A stretch of DNA of 64,000 nt. Origin: Psammoneis japonica. Taxonomy: Eukaryota. The translations under genes and the position numbers were made by a program. The notes beneath the pieces were generated by a model. The model saw nothing but the letters and a program-made list of their open reading frames with translations, searched no databases and had not been told where the DNA came from. Positions 1 to 12,909 of the stretch are shown here, piece by piece; the stretch's first letter is position 1, and each line of letters begins with the position of its first letter. The stretch lies in NCBI GenBank assembly GCA_008632985.1, contig QPGO01000296.1, forward strand, positions 1-64,000, in the 5' to 3' direction.

Positions 1-1
1 C

Positions 2-3000
2 TCAAGCTCGAGAGATGACGCTGACCTTCGAGGTGCTGCAGTCGACACGGATCGTATCCCCATCCTAAATGGTGAAAGTCCCACAAGGAAACAAAAGGAG
101 TAACGCTTGATAAGTGCAATGACACGCAAGGCTAAACAGAAATCCAATGCGTCAATGAACCTCGTACCTTGAATTTGTCAGTCGCCGACTGAGTTCCGAC
201 GACAGCTGGGATTCCGTACTCTCTCGCAACAACTTCAAAAAGGAAAGCAAGTGCAGGTGGAGAGGTAAGTTACAGAAACTATCAACAGCTCGATATCCAA
301 TCCTTTGGGACGCAGCTTTACTTACTTGCAGCATGACTAAGCATGCCCCCATAGTCAGTACAGATCCCCGCACAAAGGCCGAGGACACAATTGAAAGAGG
401 CCGAACACGAGAAGGTAACGACCACATCACCTTTCTTGACTTTTTTAAGGTCTCCATCATTCAACACAACGCAACAAGGGCCCTCAATCACTCCTGCAGA
501 TGCGGCAAGCCCTTGACTGCGTCGGGATTGTTTTCAATGTCCTCGTCCTCGTCTTCGCCACCCTGTCCTTCGTCCCAAACACCACGCAACAAGCCAGTGT
601 GAATCGCACCCATGGTTCTACGAATGTTCGGAGGGAGCAGCATCGGATCTGGTTCCGGAGGAGGAACTCCAAGAGTTCTGGGAATCGCGTTCACGTCCGC
701 CTGATAATGTAGTCATATCTCCTTTCAGCTCTCGCGGTGTCGGAACATCGACGGGCCCAATACGTACTCCGCTCTGGTCGGACAGCAAACTCAGGTCACC
801 ACGAAGCAACGCAATCGCTTCATGCTTTCGAGTCACACACAAATGCTCGGCTTTGTAGATGACGCCATGTTCGACCAAACGGCGACCTCCTTCAAGCATG
901 CCACGTCGGCACAAACCGATACCCGACAAGTCTGTCCAAAGACCACGCTCGTCTCGCATTCGGAAGAAACGGCGTCCAACATCCAACACGGCGTCAAACT
1001 CTTCATGTTTGTCAGTCGGCAGGGTGTCTTTCCATTCCTTGGCAGTTTCCAACACACGAGCTTCCGCTTTATGAAATGCGTCGGGGTCCTCTTTTGTTCC
1101 AGAGTACACTGTGTTGAGAAAGAACGACGGCGTCTCAACGAGGGTCGGAGTAATGAGATCGTATGACCCGGCCAGCCTCCAACTACGCGGTCAACACAAG
1201 AAAGGGTTAGGGTGGCTCATTGATACACAGTCGATGACGCGCTAAGACTTACCCGTAGCGACTCATGACTTGTCTCATGACTTCACCGAGCTCGCCAGGA
1301 AGGTGCAATAAACAGTCAACGGCCCATGCAGCTTTGCTCTCCTCGACTTGCAACAGAGCCATGGCCTCATCGGACTGAACAAGAAGCTCGTACATTCTGG
1401 CCAAGAGCGGATCGTCGCGATTTAAAAGCCCCCTTGATTCAGGCGAGGCGCTCTCCAAGAGTGCCAAGGTTTCCATGGGGTCTTTCTTCATTAAGGCAGC
1501 CATACTATTCATGAAATCGCCGACCACAACAAACGCCGGAAAGGTATAAGTGTGATGGAGCTTCCAGAATTCGGCGGCCAAGTCAAAACAGCGAGCCACG
1601 TGCTTGACCAAGTCTCGATGACTGAGCGCAGAGGGGTTGACAGCAAGCAACTCATCATGAAGAGCTTTACATTCGGGAATAAAGAAGTCTCGAAACTCGC
1701 GATAATCATCTTCGTATAGCTTCTTGCTCCAGTAAGCCTCGGCAGCGCGTTCCAACGCATCCGACGGGGGACTCATGCTCGGTTGCGTGTAAACAAACTG
1801 ATGCACGTAGCGGAAATTAATGTCACTGATCAAACAACCGGTGCGCCGCCCGCGTTCCGTTGAATAGGCCAAGCTGTACGTATCTTGCATCCATGGGGAA
1901 AAAGGTCGCGGGAAGTGTGTTGGATCAAATGTCCAGAATCCTTCACCGGGCGGCAAAAACGAAAGCGACCCGGTACTTCCAAGCGTCGTGATGGGCCTCG
2001 ACTGCAATATCTTGAGATTGCCATTAGCGTCCACTGCCCATTCAATATCCTGAGGACGGTTGTAGTAATCTTCAACTGCGCGGGCCATTGCAGTAATCTG
2101 CAAGAGTTGTGTATTGGTGAGAACCGGTCCCTCAGCAACATCATCACCCAACGCAACCTTGACGACGCCGTCCATGTTTCGAGCTCGGACAAACTTGTGG
2201 GTCTGTTTGCTCAACTGTTGATATACTAGTTTCTTGGAGAATTTGTCCAACACATAACGATCCGGAGTGATCTCGCCACCAACAAGGCCTTCTCCCTGCC
2301 CATAGACGGCTTCAATCATGACTTCATTGGCTGAACCCCAGAGATTCTGAATACCAAAACAGAATGATTAAGAGAAGGAGAGATTATGGTGAGACTCGTA
2401 GGAAATATTCAAAGAGGCCCTCCATAAAGCATATTTTTTGTTCTGACATACCTGGGAAAAGCAAACTCCCGCCGCTTGGGCTTCCACCATTTTCATCACC
2501 AGCACTCCCATCTGCGGAGGCTTCATCTTTCCTGGACGATACGTTGAGGGCTCGTTTGTCAACGGCTCGTCCTTGACCTCCAGAAAGGTGGAGTGCCTGG
2601 CGTAGTCCGCAATATGGGGCTTAAACATGCTTGCCCAGCATGATTTGATGCTCTCGCATACTTCTTCCGTTGTACTCTTGTAGAGATATGTGTCGTACTG
2701 GCCAGCAAAAGACTGAGAAGCCAAATCTTCAGCAGATCCAGAAGAGCGAACCGCCACCATTGTACCTCCACCCAAGGAGTCCAAGAAAGTTTCAAGGTTC
2801 CCCACCACGTCTTCGTTGAGAGGTGTATCCATGATTTTCGTGCGAATCTCGGCGAGCTTCTTTTCCGTCTCCTCGCGAATCGTTTCATCGGCGAGGTTGC
2901 TTGCAAAGACCTCCTCCACCAAATCAACGACACCGGCATTGTCAATATGCATGGAGTAGACATAGGTCGGTAAAATAAAAGCCGGAGGCACGTCGAGTCC

Positions 3001-3221
3001 ATGCTTCATGAGACGCCAGCATTGCAAGGCTTGCCTCCTACCAACGCCAGAGTCGCATCTTCGTAGCTAGCCAACGGACAACCGAGACTTGCATCGAACT
3101 TCGCTTTATCCAAAGTTGCTTGGAGCTCGACCAACTTCTGACGACTTGCAATAGACGGCCGACCGTCATTGGGCAGCACCCATGATCCACGTTGCATAAA
3201 CGCACTTTGACGTCGAGGCAT
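2..3221 (-). CDS. PEP-utilising phosphotransferase with rifampin phosphotransferase/PigC-like architecture (PPDK_N ATP-grasp, central domain, C-terminal His-swivel); multi-exon, apparent 1-bp frameshifts
   Basis: Motifs VGGK, AVRSSGSAEDLASQSFAGQYDT, IEAVYGQGEGLVGG, PQDIEWA and LQSRPIT (ATP-grasp). The spliced C-terminus reads GGMLSHAA/IVAREYGIPAVVG..DGDTIRVD with TGA at 2-4. GT-AG introns near 2350-2450, 1165-1250, 235-325 and 65-165. Confidence 0.85.
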
Positions 3222-3660
3222 GTTGTTAATGTTGTTTAGAATGAAAAGTGAGACAATCTGCCTTCACAAGAAAGTGTGAGCATACATGGCGTGAAGTTGA
3301 GAAGTTTGAGGGGCACAAAGGAAATCCTCCGCAGTATCAACTTTCACGTAGAATCTACGTGGAAGGTGGCGCGATCTTTTTTCACAAGACGATTGATCCT
3401 GCACGCGCGCGATTCCTGCACAGCCGCGCGGCAAAGATCGCGCGAAAGATCGCGCAAGAGACGAGTGACGTGTTCTTTGTATGTTCCCGCCAAAATCAAA
3501 AAGCGTGCGAGCAAAAGATGCGGATGATGTGTGATGTGCATTTTGTTGACACAGCACAATCGTCACCATGCCCGATGCCAACGCATTACGGCAAAGTTTA
3601 AAGATCGTCACAAAAACAACATCACTCTCATAGATCAAAAGGTGAAAGTACGAAAGAAAA

Positions 3661-5036
3661 ATGAAGTTTGCGCCCTGGACTGTAGCTGCGTTCCTGTCGT
3701 CGTCACCGAATCCGCAACCAACATCGACCATGACGCAAAGCATGATGTTACCCGCCTTTCATACAACCACACCCAATAGCGAAAACATGGCGCTTGTTCA
3801 ATACTGCAGAGAGCTCTTTGCCCTCTGCGCAGTCCTCTGGCTCTTCTTTGGCGACTGGTATTCGTGAATGGCTGGTACCGTCGGCATGGGCTGCTACACC
3901 GTCTCCCGAAAATGTGGAGCTCTTGCAAAAAGCAATGGCAGCCTTTTACGGTAATGATTTGGCGGGTACAGGACGCGATATGGATCAAGCGCTCGACTTG
4001 CTGACAAAGACGATATCGGTGTGGAAAGGTCAACCTGTGGACGAGCGTGCTACTCTGTTAGGATCCGGGCGGATACAAACGTGGCACTCGGAAATGCTGC
4101 CGATGCAATTTCGGATTACGGGAATGCTATTGATTTGTTGGAATTGCCAGAGGGTGATCTTGCCGATCCTGGTGAGCTTCCAGCCGCAAAGCTGGGTCGA
4201 GCCCGAGCCATTCGAAGCTTGAAGCTCTCTGCAACAGATTCGCAATTGCAACAAGCTGCCAAGGATTACAAAGAAGCGCTTCGTTTGAGTTCTCGAGAGG
4301 ACTGGGATACAGATCAGGAGCGACAGGAGGATGGTGCTCAGCGCAACCCATATGCCGCCTGGGAATGGGGTACGTAACACGTAACCATTGGAAGTTCTAT
4401 TGGGTTGTTTGTCTCTGAATTTTTATTCTTATCCGTCGTTCGAATTTCTGCATACCGTTCTGTTTCACAATAGGACATGCATTGCGAGCGATTGGCGACT
4501 ACAAAGGAGCTTCTGAAGCCCACGCCTTGGCTTCGTTTGCCTTTGGTGAGATTGGTGACCGTGCTCATTCTGTAATGTCGTCTCTGGACACGGGGATTGA
4601 TCTGGCCGCTACCAACAACAATGTTGAAGAAACCAAAACGGAGCTATTGAACGCAATCAAACGAACAACGTCAGTCGAAGGACGTGATGTTGATTTGTTG
4701 CAGCGTGTTATTGCCAAAGAAGGAGAAGCTCGAGTTGCATTGGCGAGTGTCTTGTGGAATAGTGGAGATAAGCCGGGTGCTGAAAAGCAGTTGGGTGAAG
4801 CCTGCGTTCGCTTGGAACAACTTGAAGCGGACGCCCAAGAGCGACTCGCAAAAGAAAGTAAAAAGGGGGTAGATACTACTCAGGCAAGTAAGAAGCTCAA
4901 GTTTAGTATTGACGATACTCTGGGTGTGTTTGATATCAGTTGCAGTCGATTCAAGAATGACAAATTCTTGGCTGAGACCCTGGAGTGGCCGTCATCGCTA
5001 CGAGAAAAGGTCGCCAAACTAGAGAGTTTGAAATAA
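3661..5036 (+). CDS. TPR-like helical repeat protein, probably plastid-targeted; one intron (~4370-4473) and frameshifts
   Basis: Overlapping ORFs 3661-3867, 3794-4222, 4021-4377 and 4482-5036 join into a helical repeat protein (AISDYGNAIDLL, AAKDYKEALRL, NPYAAWEWG). Signal/transit-like N-terminus. Confidence 0.65.
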
Positions 5037-5156
5037 AATGCTATTTTGCTTAACGAAATACGCTGTGGTCTAGTTATTTCTTTTCTTGAAGCTCCGTTTC
5101 TCGTTCGGTGCTGTTGTCAGTTCATTCCTTGATACACCCATCTAAATCCCCGTATC

Positions 5157-5393
5157 TCATTCCTTCATTTGATCAGGAGTTTTGTTCACGACGGACTCCT
5201 TGATCTTGGCTAGGGTTGTTTCTCTGTCAGGGCGCCCAGCTCTCTGAGGAGGTGTTGCTGCAGTTGGCGGTATACACTCGCAATGCCTCGCACATCTCTC
5301 GCACGTATCATAAGGGCACGCAGCTTGCTTTGTGAAACATTGGTGCTGGCGATCTTCGCGGAGACGTCCACACTGTTGCTTGAGTCTAGGCAT
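5157..5393 (-). CDS. Small Cys/His-rich ORF, possible Zn-binding domain or TE fragment
   Basis: ATG start and a CPYDTCERCARHCEC cluster; nothing else recognisable. Confidence 0.25.
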   Translation of the reverse strand: MPRLKQQCGRLREDRQHQCFTKQAACPYDTCERCARHCECIPPTAATPPQRAGRPDRETTLAKIKESVVNKTPDQMKE

Positions 5394-5958
5394 GATGGAA
5401 AATGAGTGGTCCCCAGCTGCCTTTGGCGAACGAAACGAAGAGTGATCAAGTCTTGTACCGAACGGTAGAGCAAGCTAGAGTAAGCTAGAAAGGTCAATAC
5501 CGTTCACAAAAAGTACGTTCTAGATATTGTGAGAGGTTCAGATCTAGTCTCTGAACCGAAAGTGATTGAAATCGAACTCGTCACACCGCGGAGAAGGTTT
5601 CATAAAAATCATTCCCGCGTGAGAGACCGGTTCAGTCACTATTAGCTGATTTATGATAGGTATGCAGCCGATCGTCCGATCGTGCTGACGGTCGATTCCT
5701 GTCAAGGCATGACAACCAAATCACGTCTTGCTGAGAGCTAATACAATGTCCTTGGATAATGATGATTGCCCTCGACTTTTTTGTAGCGCGTCCACCTTTT
5801 TATGTTTGAGATCTGGCATACTGTAGCATGCATATAACCTTTCGATTTCTCGCGGTGCGTTGCCGTGCCTGCTGACCGACGCGAAGCCTTTGCGTCTTCC
5901 ATCAGTCGGATAGAAAATGCAAAGTAAACTCATGTTTGCAATTCCTTCATTAAATACT

Positions 5959-7404
5959 TCACGACATGAGCTCCATGACCCAATTCAGATGAGCGCGAAG
6001 CTGCATCGCAGCGTCGGAACTCATATCCCGAGGCACGCCTACGCGGTCTCTCAAGTATGTTAGGCATGTATCCAACTGTAGCGCTGGTGGTGTCCAAGTT
6101 GTATCACCAGTTTCCTCATTCCAATAGTAGGTGGATCCGTTCTCATCCTCATAGGCACCCCAATTCGCACGAAGCTCACCTGTACCTTTGCTACCCGCAA
6201 GATCCAGTTTGGCAGCAGCCATGGCGTTGTCAGTGCCTTCGATCAAAGCAACAGTGACATGGCGTAGGCATGTATCCACCGCATCGAAAAAGTCTTCATT
6301 TGGTTCGGCGTACGGATCTGCAAGCTCGGCGTGGAAGGCAGGCCGACCTGGCTCTCCGGCGCCTCGGCAGGCAAACTGAACGATGTTGCTGGGGTTCTTG
6401 ATGAGGCAATAGGCAGCTTCGTGTCTCCCCTTTGTGGTTACTAAAGGAAGGCTCCAGGCACCATTCAAGCCGCATATGTGGTCGGCATATTCTCTCGCTT
6501 CTGGAATCATGTATCCTGGCCCATTCTGTGACGGCATGGCCTTTGCGAGTGTGTAGTCATCGGATTTGCTAGCTTGGTAACTGGGCCTTTCATCCCATCG
6601 CGATAGCCACAAATCTAAATGTCGATACTTCCCCTTGATCTGAATGCCTTTATAATACAGAGTGGAACTCAGGAGTCGTTCCATTGTGGGAATAAAGTGC
6701 ATGTCGATAACGGATGGCGAATCGCCTCCTAGAAACCACGGACCGGGGGTTTCACCAAGTGCGTCGTCCACCCGTTGAAGAGCCTTTTCAAAGTACAAGC
6801 GGGAAGCAACTAGCGCCTCATCTTGAACAGGATAAAAGACCAATGAGAACCATGCTCGTTGCAAGTCTTGCTCTAACTCAATGAGGGCCTTGTACTTGTC
6901 GTCGGAAGGACTTATGGAGTGTTCCTCTCTGGAAAACGTAGCATGAAGCAGTTCCATAATTTGAAGACTCTCGGTGTATAGATTTCCATCCAATTGAATA
7001 GCAGGTAACTTGCCTCCATCTACCAACCTGGTGAACCATGCTGGTTTGTCTCCATACGCATTCAACGGTACCTTTTGGACCGTGTATGGTACTTCGAGCT
7101 CCTCTAGTGTAAGCCACACCTTTTGACAGTAGTTGCACCACGCTGCGGAGTCACGATAGAATTTGACGCGGACATGATCTTTCTTGGAACCAAACAATCG
7201 GAGAGATGCGTCTGTGTGAGGTGGCCCTTCACCCAATTCTCGTTCCTTCTCCTCACGGTCCAACCTCTGACCCTCTGGAGTTGCAACGAGACGTTTTCTC
7301 AGTTCTCTCCATGAAGGTGCACTATCCGACGGTAAAACGGCCAGAGCATCAATGGTTTCGACATATAAGAAGAATAGAATCAAGATCAGCATCAGTAAGA
7401 GCAT
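5959..7404 (-). CDS. Glutathione S-transferase (lambda/DHAR/omega-like, CxxC) with signal peptide and a WW domain near the C-terminus
   Basis: FYRDSAAWCNYCQKVWLTLEE, KLPAIQLDG and TESLQI (GST-N); GPWFLG..SVID (GST-C); WW motif WGAYEDENGSTYYWNEETGDTTWTPP. The ATG at 7404 precedes a hydrophobic leader. Confidence 0.85.
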   Translation of the reverse strand: MLLLMLILILFFLYVETIDALAVLPSDSAPSWRELRKRLVATPEGQRLDREEKERELGEGPPHTDASLRLFGSKKDHVRVKFYRDSAAWCNYCQKVWLTLEELEVPYTVQKVPLNAYGDKPAWFTRLVDGGKLPAIQLDGNLYTESLQIMELLHATFSREEHSISPSDDKYKALIELEQDLQRAWFSLVFYPVQDEALVASRLYFEKALQRVDDALGETPGPWFLGGDSPSVIDMHFIPTMERLLSSTLYYKGIQIKGKYRHLDLWLSRWDERPSYQASKSDDYTLAKAMPSQNGPGYMIPEAREYADHICGLNGAWSLPLVTTKGRHEAAYCLIKNPSNIVQFACRGAGEPGRPAFHAELADPYAEPNEDFFDAVDTCLRHVTVALIEGTDNAMAAAKLDLAGSKGTGELRANWGAYEDENGSTYYWNEETGDTTWTPPALQLDTCLTYLRDRVGVPRDMSSDAAMQLRAHLNWVMELMS

Positions 7405-7704
7405 TTCAGAGAATAATTCATCACAAAAGACTGCTTGCCGTGACGACAAACCGCCATGGCCTATCGGTAGCCCTACTCTGCTGCACCGCGGAGGGAGGTC
7501 GAGTCGTCGAGAAAACGAATACAAACAACTTTATACTTGTATATATTTTATGATACTCATTTTTCTTCAAGCGCGATCGCCGATCTGGAATCGCATCGCG
7601 ACGACGAGAGTATGAAAACAAGTCAGCAAGAGAGACGCGTTGCGGCCGCTTCCCAGGAATGCAAACACACTAACAGCCCTGTTTTCTTGAAATAGGACGT
7701 CAAG

Positions 7705-9016
7705 ATGAGCAATAATAAACGACGTACACTTCCTCCCAGGAAATCTGTAAGCATTGGCGATGATGCTCCTAACAACATGAGCAAGAAATCAACCGTGGTG
7801 GCTCCTTCCTCTTTGCCTGCTTATGGAAAGTCGTTGTTTCCCATCATTTGGAAAATTGACCCACTGAGCTCTACATTCAAGTGCATCATGATGTTTGCAA
7901 CATTCATCAGTCTCTGTGCTTTGTTTTTTCTTCCGAGTCTCATGACGATTTTTGCAGAGATGGACGGGAGTTGGGACGAACTGCACGGGGTAAATTCGTT
8001 CCTGTCTCTCATGGAGGCGACCTTGGGACTGTCGGATAAGCAAGTGCTCGCTGCATTCGCAATTACTTTATTCGTCTTTGGAGGACTCGTGGCAGCCGAC
8101 CTTGTGCTGGGTAAGAACAAGGAAATTTATCCTTCAAGTTGGAATACGGACAATGCCACTTGCTATCTGGAAATGTTTGCAGAGCCAACGAGACTCGATC
8201 GATTGATCCGACGACCGGGAAATGCGCTTTCCAATGCGTCCTATTCTTTGGATCGGTGTGTATTTTGTTGTCCACGTCTACAGACAATACCTTTTGGATG
8301 GGGGACGTTATGTTTGGAATTATGCTCTTTATTCTTGCGCTCGCATCTGTAGTTTGGCACGGTTCCAATGCGCCTGCCTCACAGTATCCAGATTTATGGT
8401 CCATGGACGGTTGCATCTTGTATTTGATAATACGCTATGGCTGCTTTGGAGGAATGTGTTTGTTGAAAACTTACAACCCTGTGCTTATCAGGAATCTAGC
8501 CGGATGGACATGTGTCACTATCTTTGCCTTTGTCACTTACAAAATTGGCATGTTTCAACGCCGGCTCTATGAGAAGAGATGGCTTCACGGATCATGCCCC
8601 TTTGCGGTGCGATCGCGTCTTGTTGGCAAGTCGGATCTCTTTGGGCATGGGCACGTGGATATTCGAGTCATGACCGTGTGCGCCTATGTTGCTCTACCTG
8701 TTATTACACTGCTATACCTACAGCTATTCAATTTTGGTGCGTGGGATCAATGGGATCCGTCTTGGCTGCCAACCTTGCATTTCGAACGCTCTTGATTGGT
8801 TGGACGTACCGCATGTTGGATCGATGGACTCTGGATGGGTGTTTCTTGATAAACTGGATTGTACAGCTCAAGCCTGCTACACCTCTGGGCTTTGCAGGAC
8901 AAACAGTATTTGCAGCCATCGCTTCGCCGACCGCTGTGTTGCATGCCATGACGGGAATAACACTACTTGCAGGATACATGCACGCCCGTTCAGTGGATAA
9001 AATGGCGTGGAGTTAG
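7705..9016 (+). CDS. Multi-pass membrane protein, CREST/ceramidase-like; two frameshifts
   Basis: Three overlapping ORFs give several TM helices with RPGNALSN, SVVWHGS, DLWSMD and a late His (LHAMTG), resembling CREST hydrolase motifs. Confidence 0.55.
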
Positions 9017-9473
9017 GAATCGCAGTGTTGGAGAATAATGCTTCCAAAGAGATGATGCATTGTTTGTCGCACGAATCATCCAGTATAGATGATATAATCA
9101 ATGTTGCTACGGTACCTCTAGAGGAATCCAAGAGGAGATTCTAGAGGTGGCTTGTGGCCAATGACTGATTAACAATAGAGAGTTGGAAGAGTCGACTCAC
9201 TTTCTCTCTTACTGTACGATAGAGAATAGAAGCTACAGTTACCGGTAGTGACTTCCAAGTCCCCTGTACGCTTGTCCGTACCGGTATTTCGGGTGCGCGA
9301 TGTGCGCGCATAGTCAATCACTCTGCGCGACGATCCTATCGATTTCAGATTATCCGCCTCATCACTCATCGCCATGGCGTCGGATGGGCGCTGCTGCCAT
9401 CACGCTAACAAGTCTCGTCGCTATTGCTATTGTATTCCGTCCTTATAACCCCATCTCGCTGCATTATTGAACC

Positions 9474-10613
9474 ATGACTACTTCCTCTAGTAGCAAGATT
9501 CTCAATCAATTTGTATCATCATACTCAAAGATGAGAGAAGACAGAGAAGACTCCTCCTCTCACTTGGTTTTGTTTCAACACGAATCGTTTGCTTTGTTGA
9601 AGCAACGACAAGCTGCAGTTTCGGATGTTGCTGACTCTAGTATTTATGAACGAGCTCGTATACGAACCCCATCGGAAAATGCTCATCGAGACGTAAATGG
9701 AGGACCTGCCTGGTTACTTCACGTAGCCACAGAGTTTTCCAAGCAACGACGATCTACTAGCAACACTACAGGAAAGCGTGGCGTGTGGGTTCAAACCACC
9801 TTTAGCACCATGTGTCCTGATTCGTTTCACGTGATTGATGCAGTTTCAAATCCTTTTGGGTGGGATAATGAGAATATTATGCAACAAGACAGAGACGAAA
9901 CCGGGGTGACTTCTGTGTCTCTAGAAAGTTTGGAAGAACTCGCGTGCTCGGTTGAGAATGCCGTTGCTGCGATAGTGCGAGATTCGAGTAAAGACGATGA
10001 TGGTTCTTGTAGTGTAGTTGTCGTGATAGAGTTTATTTCACCCATTCTAATGAGACACGGATTTGAAGCTACCTTGGCTTGGCTGCATCGACTGTATTCC
10101 AAGAATGGGCCAGTTCTTGTTGCCATCCACAGTGAGTTGCTCACAACTCGACAAATAATGGCACTTCAGGATGAATGCAGCGCTTGTTTCTTACTTGAAA
10201 ATGGGGCCATGACGCTTATTAGACAAGGGGCGAGAGAAAAAGGCAATGTGCTACGACTCCAGCTGCCATTCGAGCTTGTAGTGAAGAAGAAAGTACCTAC
10301 GGTTTCGGAGGTATCACTTCTTCTGACAGAAGACAAAGGATCACATATCCCGGGAGGTTCTCAGATGGAATCAGATACAAGTCATGAACAAAGCATTGAA
10401 ACCGATGTGGCTAGTAAACCGTCAGTTTCGGAGGTAGTGTCTCAACAACGAAGCGGAAAAGTCGTGTTGAAGCATCAAGATGACAACGGACGACGAGATC
10501 AATCGACAAATAATGCTACACCAAGTCCACAACCAAAGATTTATCTCCAAGATGATGATCCTGAATTTGATGACTTGGATGAAGAGGATCCGGATGATGA
10601 TTTAGATATTTAA
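9474..10613 (+). CDS. ELP5: Elongator complex protein 5-like
   Basis: 379-aa intact ORF with IDAVSNPFGWD and the characteristic Elp5 acidic tail IYLQDDDPEFDDLDEEDPDDDLDI. Confidence 0.7.
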   Translation: MTTSSSSKILNQFVSSYSKMREDREDSSSHLVLFQHESFALLKQRQAAVSDVADSSIYERARIRTPSENAHRDVNGGPAWLLHVATEFSKQRRSTSNTTGKRGVWVQTTFSTMCPDSFHVIDAVSNPFGWDNENIMQQDRDETGVTSVSLESLEELACSVENAVAAIVRDSSKDDDGSCSVVVVIEFISPILMRHGFEATLAWLHRLYSKNGPVLVAIHSELLTTRQIMALQDECSACFLLENGAMTLIRQGAREKGNVLRLQLPFELVVKKKVPTVSEVSLLLTEDKGSHIPGGSQMESDTSHEQSIETDVASKPSVSEVVSQQRSGKVVLKHQDDNGRRDQSTNNATPSPQPKIYLQDDDPEFDDLDEEDPDDDLDI

Positions 10614-10743
10614 CTTCTACCGATTGTGTTCGTTTTGGGTTTATTCGCTCCTTCTCGATTGGGCTGAGGGAAAAGTGAAACAGAAAAAGCGATCAGAAGA
10701 AGTGATTTTGTTTCTAGAATGTGGAGATGCTTTTCTTGATAAA

Positions 10744-12776
10744 TTAGAAGGAAATATATGACTTGACTTTGCTCCGGAATTTGAGTTGTGGCGGACTCGT
10801 TATCGCCGGCCGAGCGCCTGCGTTGGAAGGAAGTTTTGCCAACAGCGCGGACCAAACAAGCTTTCGAAATTTCGTCAAGGACGCTGTCACGCGGTTTCCA
10901 CCAGGAACAACCAACAGAACTGCCCTTGAAATGGTGGTAAACACCAAGCCTAAAACCACGTAGCTTAACAAAGCGGAACAGACACCATATGGTTTCAGCG
11001 ACCGTTTCTTCTGAGTTTCTCGTAGGCCGAAAAATATACGAGATGGTAAAGACAATTCTTGGCGCAGCTGTCGAATACGTCGTTGTCGCGTTGCTTTTCG
11101 TTTTTCAATTTGCAAAACGCGAGCCATGCATAGCCGGGCATCGTCGAGCCCATCGTATTTGTGTCCCTGAGGCGGATACGGGTGAAGGTCCTGCCCCGCC
11201 CATCTGATACCCAAGGTATAGTGAAATGCTTCCTTTGCAATTGCTGTAGCATTTGAAATCTTTCCCGTTCTTTTGCTGCTGTCCTCTCCTCGTTGCTTGT
11301 GAAAAGCGCTGCAGCAACCGCAACCGAAGCAACATCCTGGCGACCAACCCGAGCGGGAGAGGGAACCTTTCCGCTTGGTTCCACCTGCAGCGAAGTTGTA
11401 TCGGTATCCTACAATACACAAAAGATTGACGCGAGGCCATGCATAAGTGTCTTTTGGTACGCTCCCAACTTTAGTAATGACGCATACCGTGAAAACTTAC
11501 ACGATCTTCATCGATGAGATCCCCGGGTCTCAGCGTGATTGTATCAACCAAACTACTCTCGTCCATGAGCCGTTCCGCCATGTGCTGGTATCTGAAAACC
11601 ATGGATTGTAGCATATTTGTGATGAGAGGAACGAAGCTCCAAGCCTTTTGTGCAACACACAAGTCAGATATACGTATCAAGCGAATCCGTGGTACATGAA
11701 TCACGTCGGGGACAATCGTGTCATTACTCTTTTCGACCGTATCTAGCTCAGCCTGTACCTGCGCTGCCGCTTCTCTTCGCCGTTGCTCACTCTCAGCTAT
11801 TCCCAAAACCATGCGTGTGCAGCATAGTACACATAGTATGGATGGCGCTTGTCTCTGCACCATCCACTCACGTCCTTTCGCAGAATTCGCCACACGGGAA
11901 CTTGCATTAGATCCCTCCAGATGTTTGTTTTTCTCACCGCACCAACACAATTTATGATAGCAGTGCAATCGGTGAAAACGCTTTCTAGTGTCTCCTGTAT
12001 CAATCTGGGCATTTCGTTTTCGCCGCGATTGTCATAGTCATCAATAGCATTCCCATAAAAGGACGCTGCAGACGCGGCTCGCTCTTGAAAGGCAGCTTCC
12101 TCCTCGACGTATTCTTCGTCGACATGTCCTGGCAACCAATCCGATGGAACCAAGTCACCCTCAACAATTTCTAACCGCGGACCGTTCTTCTTATTCCGTG
12201 GAACAAACGATTCCCCCTCAGCATAAAAGGCAAGTGAGGCGGACTGAAAGGATTGAACAACCGCAACAACCGTGCAATCAAGGTCGAGTTCCATCAGTTC
12301 CTGTACTGTGAGAAGAAAGCGATCGAGCACAATTCAGGTTGAACGCAAATGGCCTAATCCTATCACTGATGGCGCAACTCAGAAACATAGTCAAACATAC
12401 CTACGAGACGCCCAACCCGCCCCGTTGCACCCAGAACGACAATTTTTGGTTTTGCAGGAGATGTTGGATCGCCAACCAATTCAGTTCTGGTTTGCGTCGG
12501 ACGATCAATCTGACGTTCTATACCCTCGTCACTCTCGTCAAAGTAGTCACGACGCCATTTCGCTTTTAAAAGTGATTTGCTTCGACTTGCCATACGTGTA
12601 CTTGACAACCCATGACTTAACGCAACAACAGAGAAAGATACAACTAACAAGCGTTGAGTGGAGACCCACATTAGAAGAGAGGATAAAGAAGGCGGAGAAG
12701 AAGTTGTCAAATAGGATGAAAAAGAGAAGAAAGGATGCGAAATAGAGAGGAGACGAGACTCGCGATGTATCCTCAT
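10744..12776 (-). CDS. NAD(P)-binding Rossmann-fold protein (atypical SDR/TIC62-like) with a C-terminal TM segment; introns and frameshifts
   Basis: KIVVLGATGRVGRLV, IVEGDL, AIINCVG, TLRPGDL and VGRQDVA. The start codon is uncertain. Confidence 0.75.
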
Positions 12777-12909
12777 TGAAGATGGCCTGTGTCAAATCCG
12801 GGTGTTTTGTGTTTTCGCTCACCTCTGCCCTGTTATAGCCTCTAGACCAACACTGCATCCACCTGGTTGGAGATTTGGGAAGAATGAAAGAGGTGGCCAC
12901 CATGAGGTA

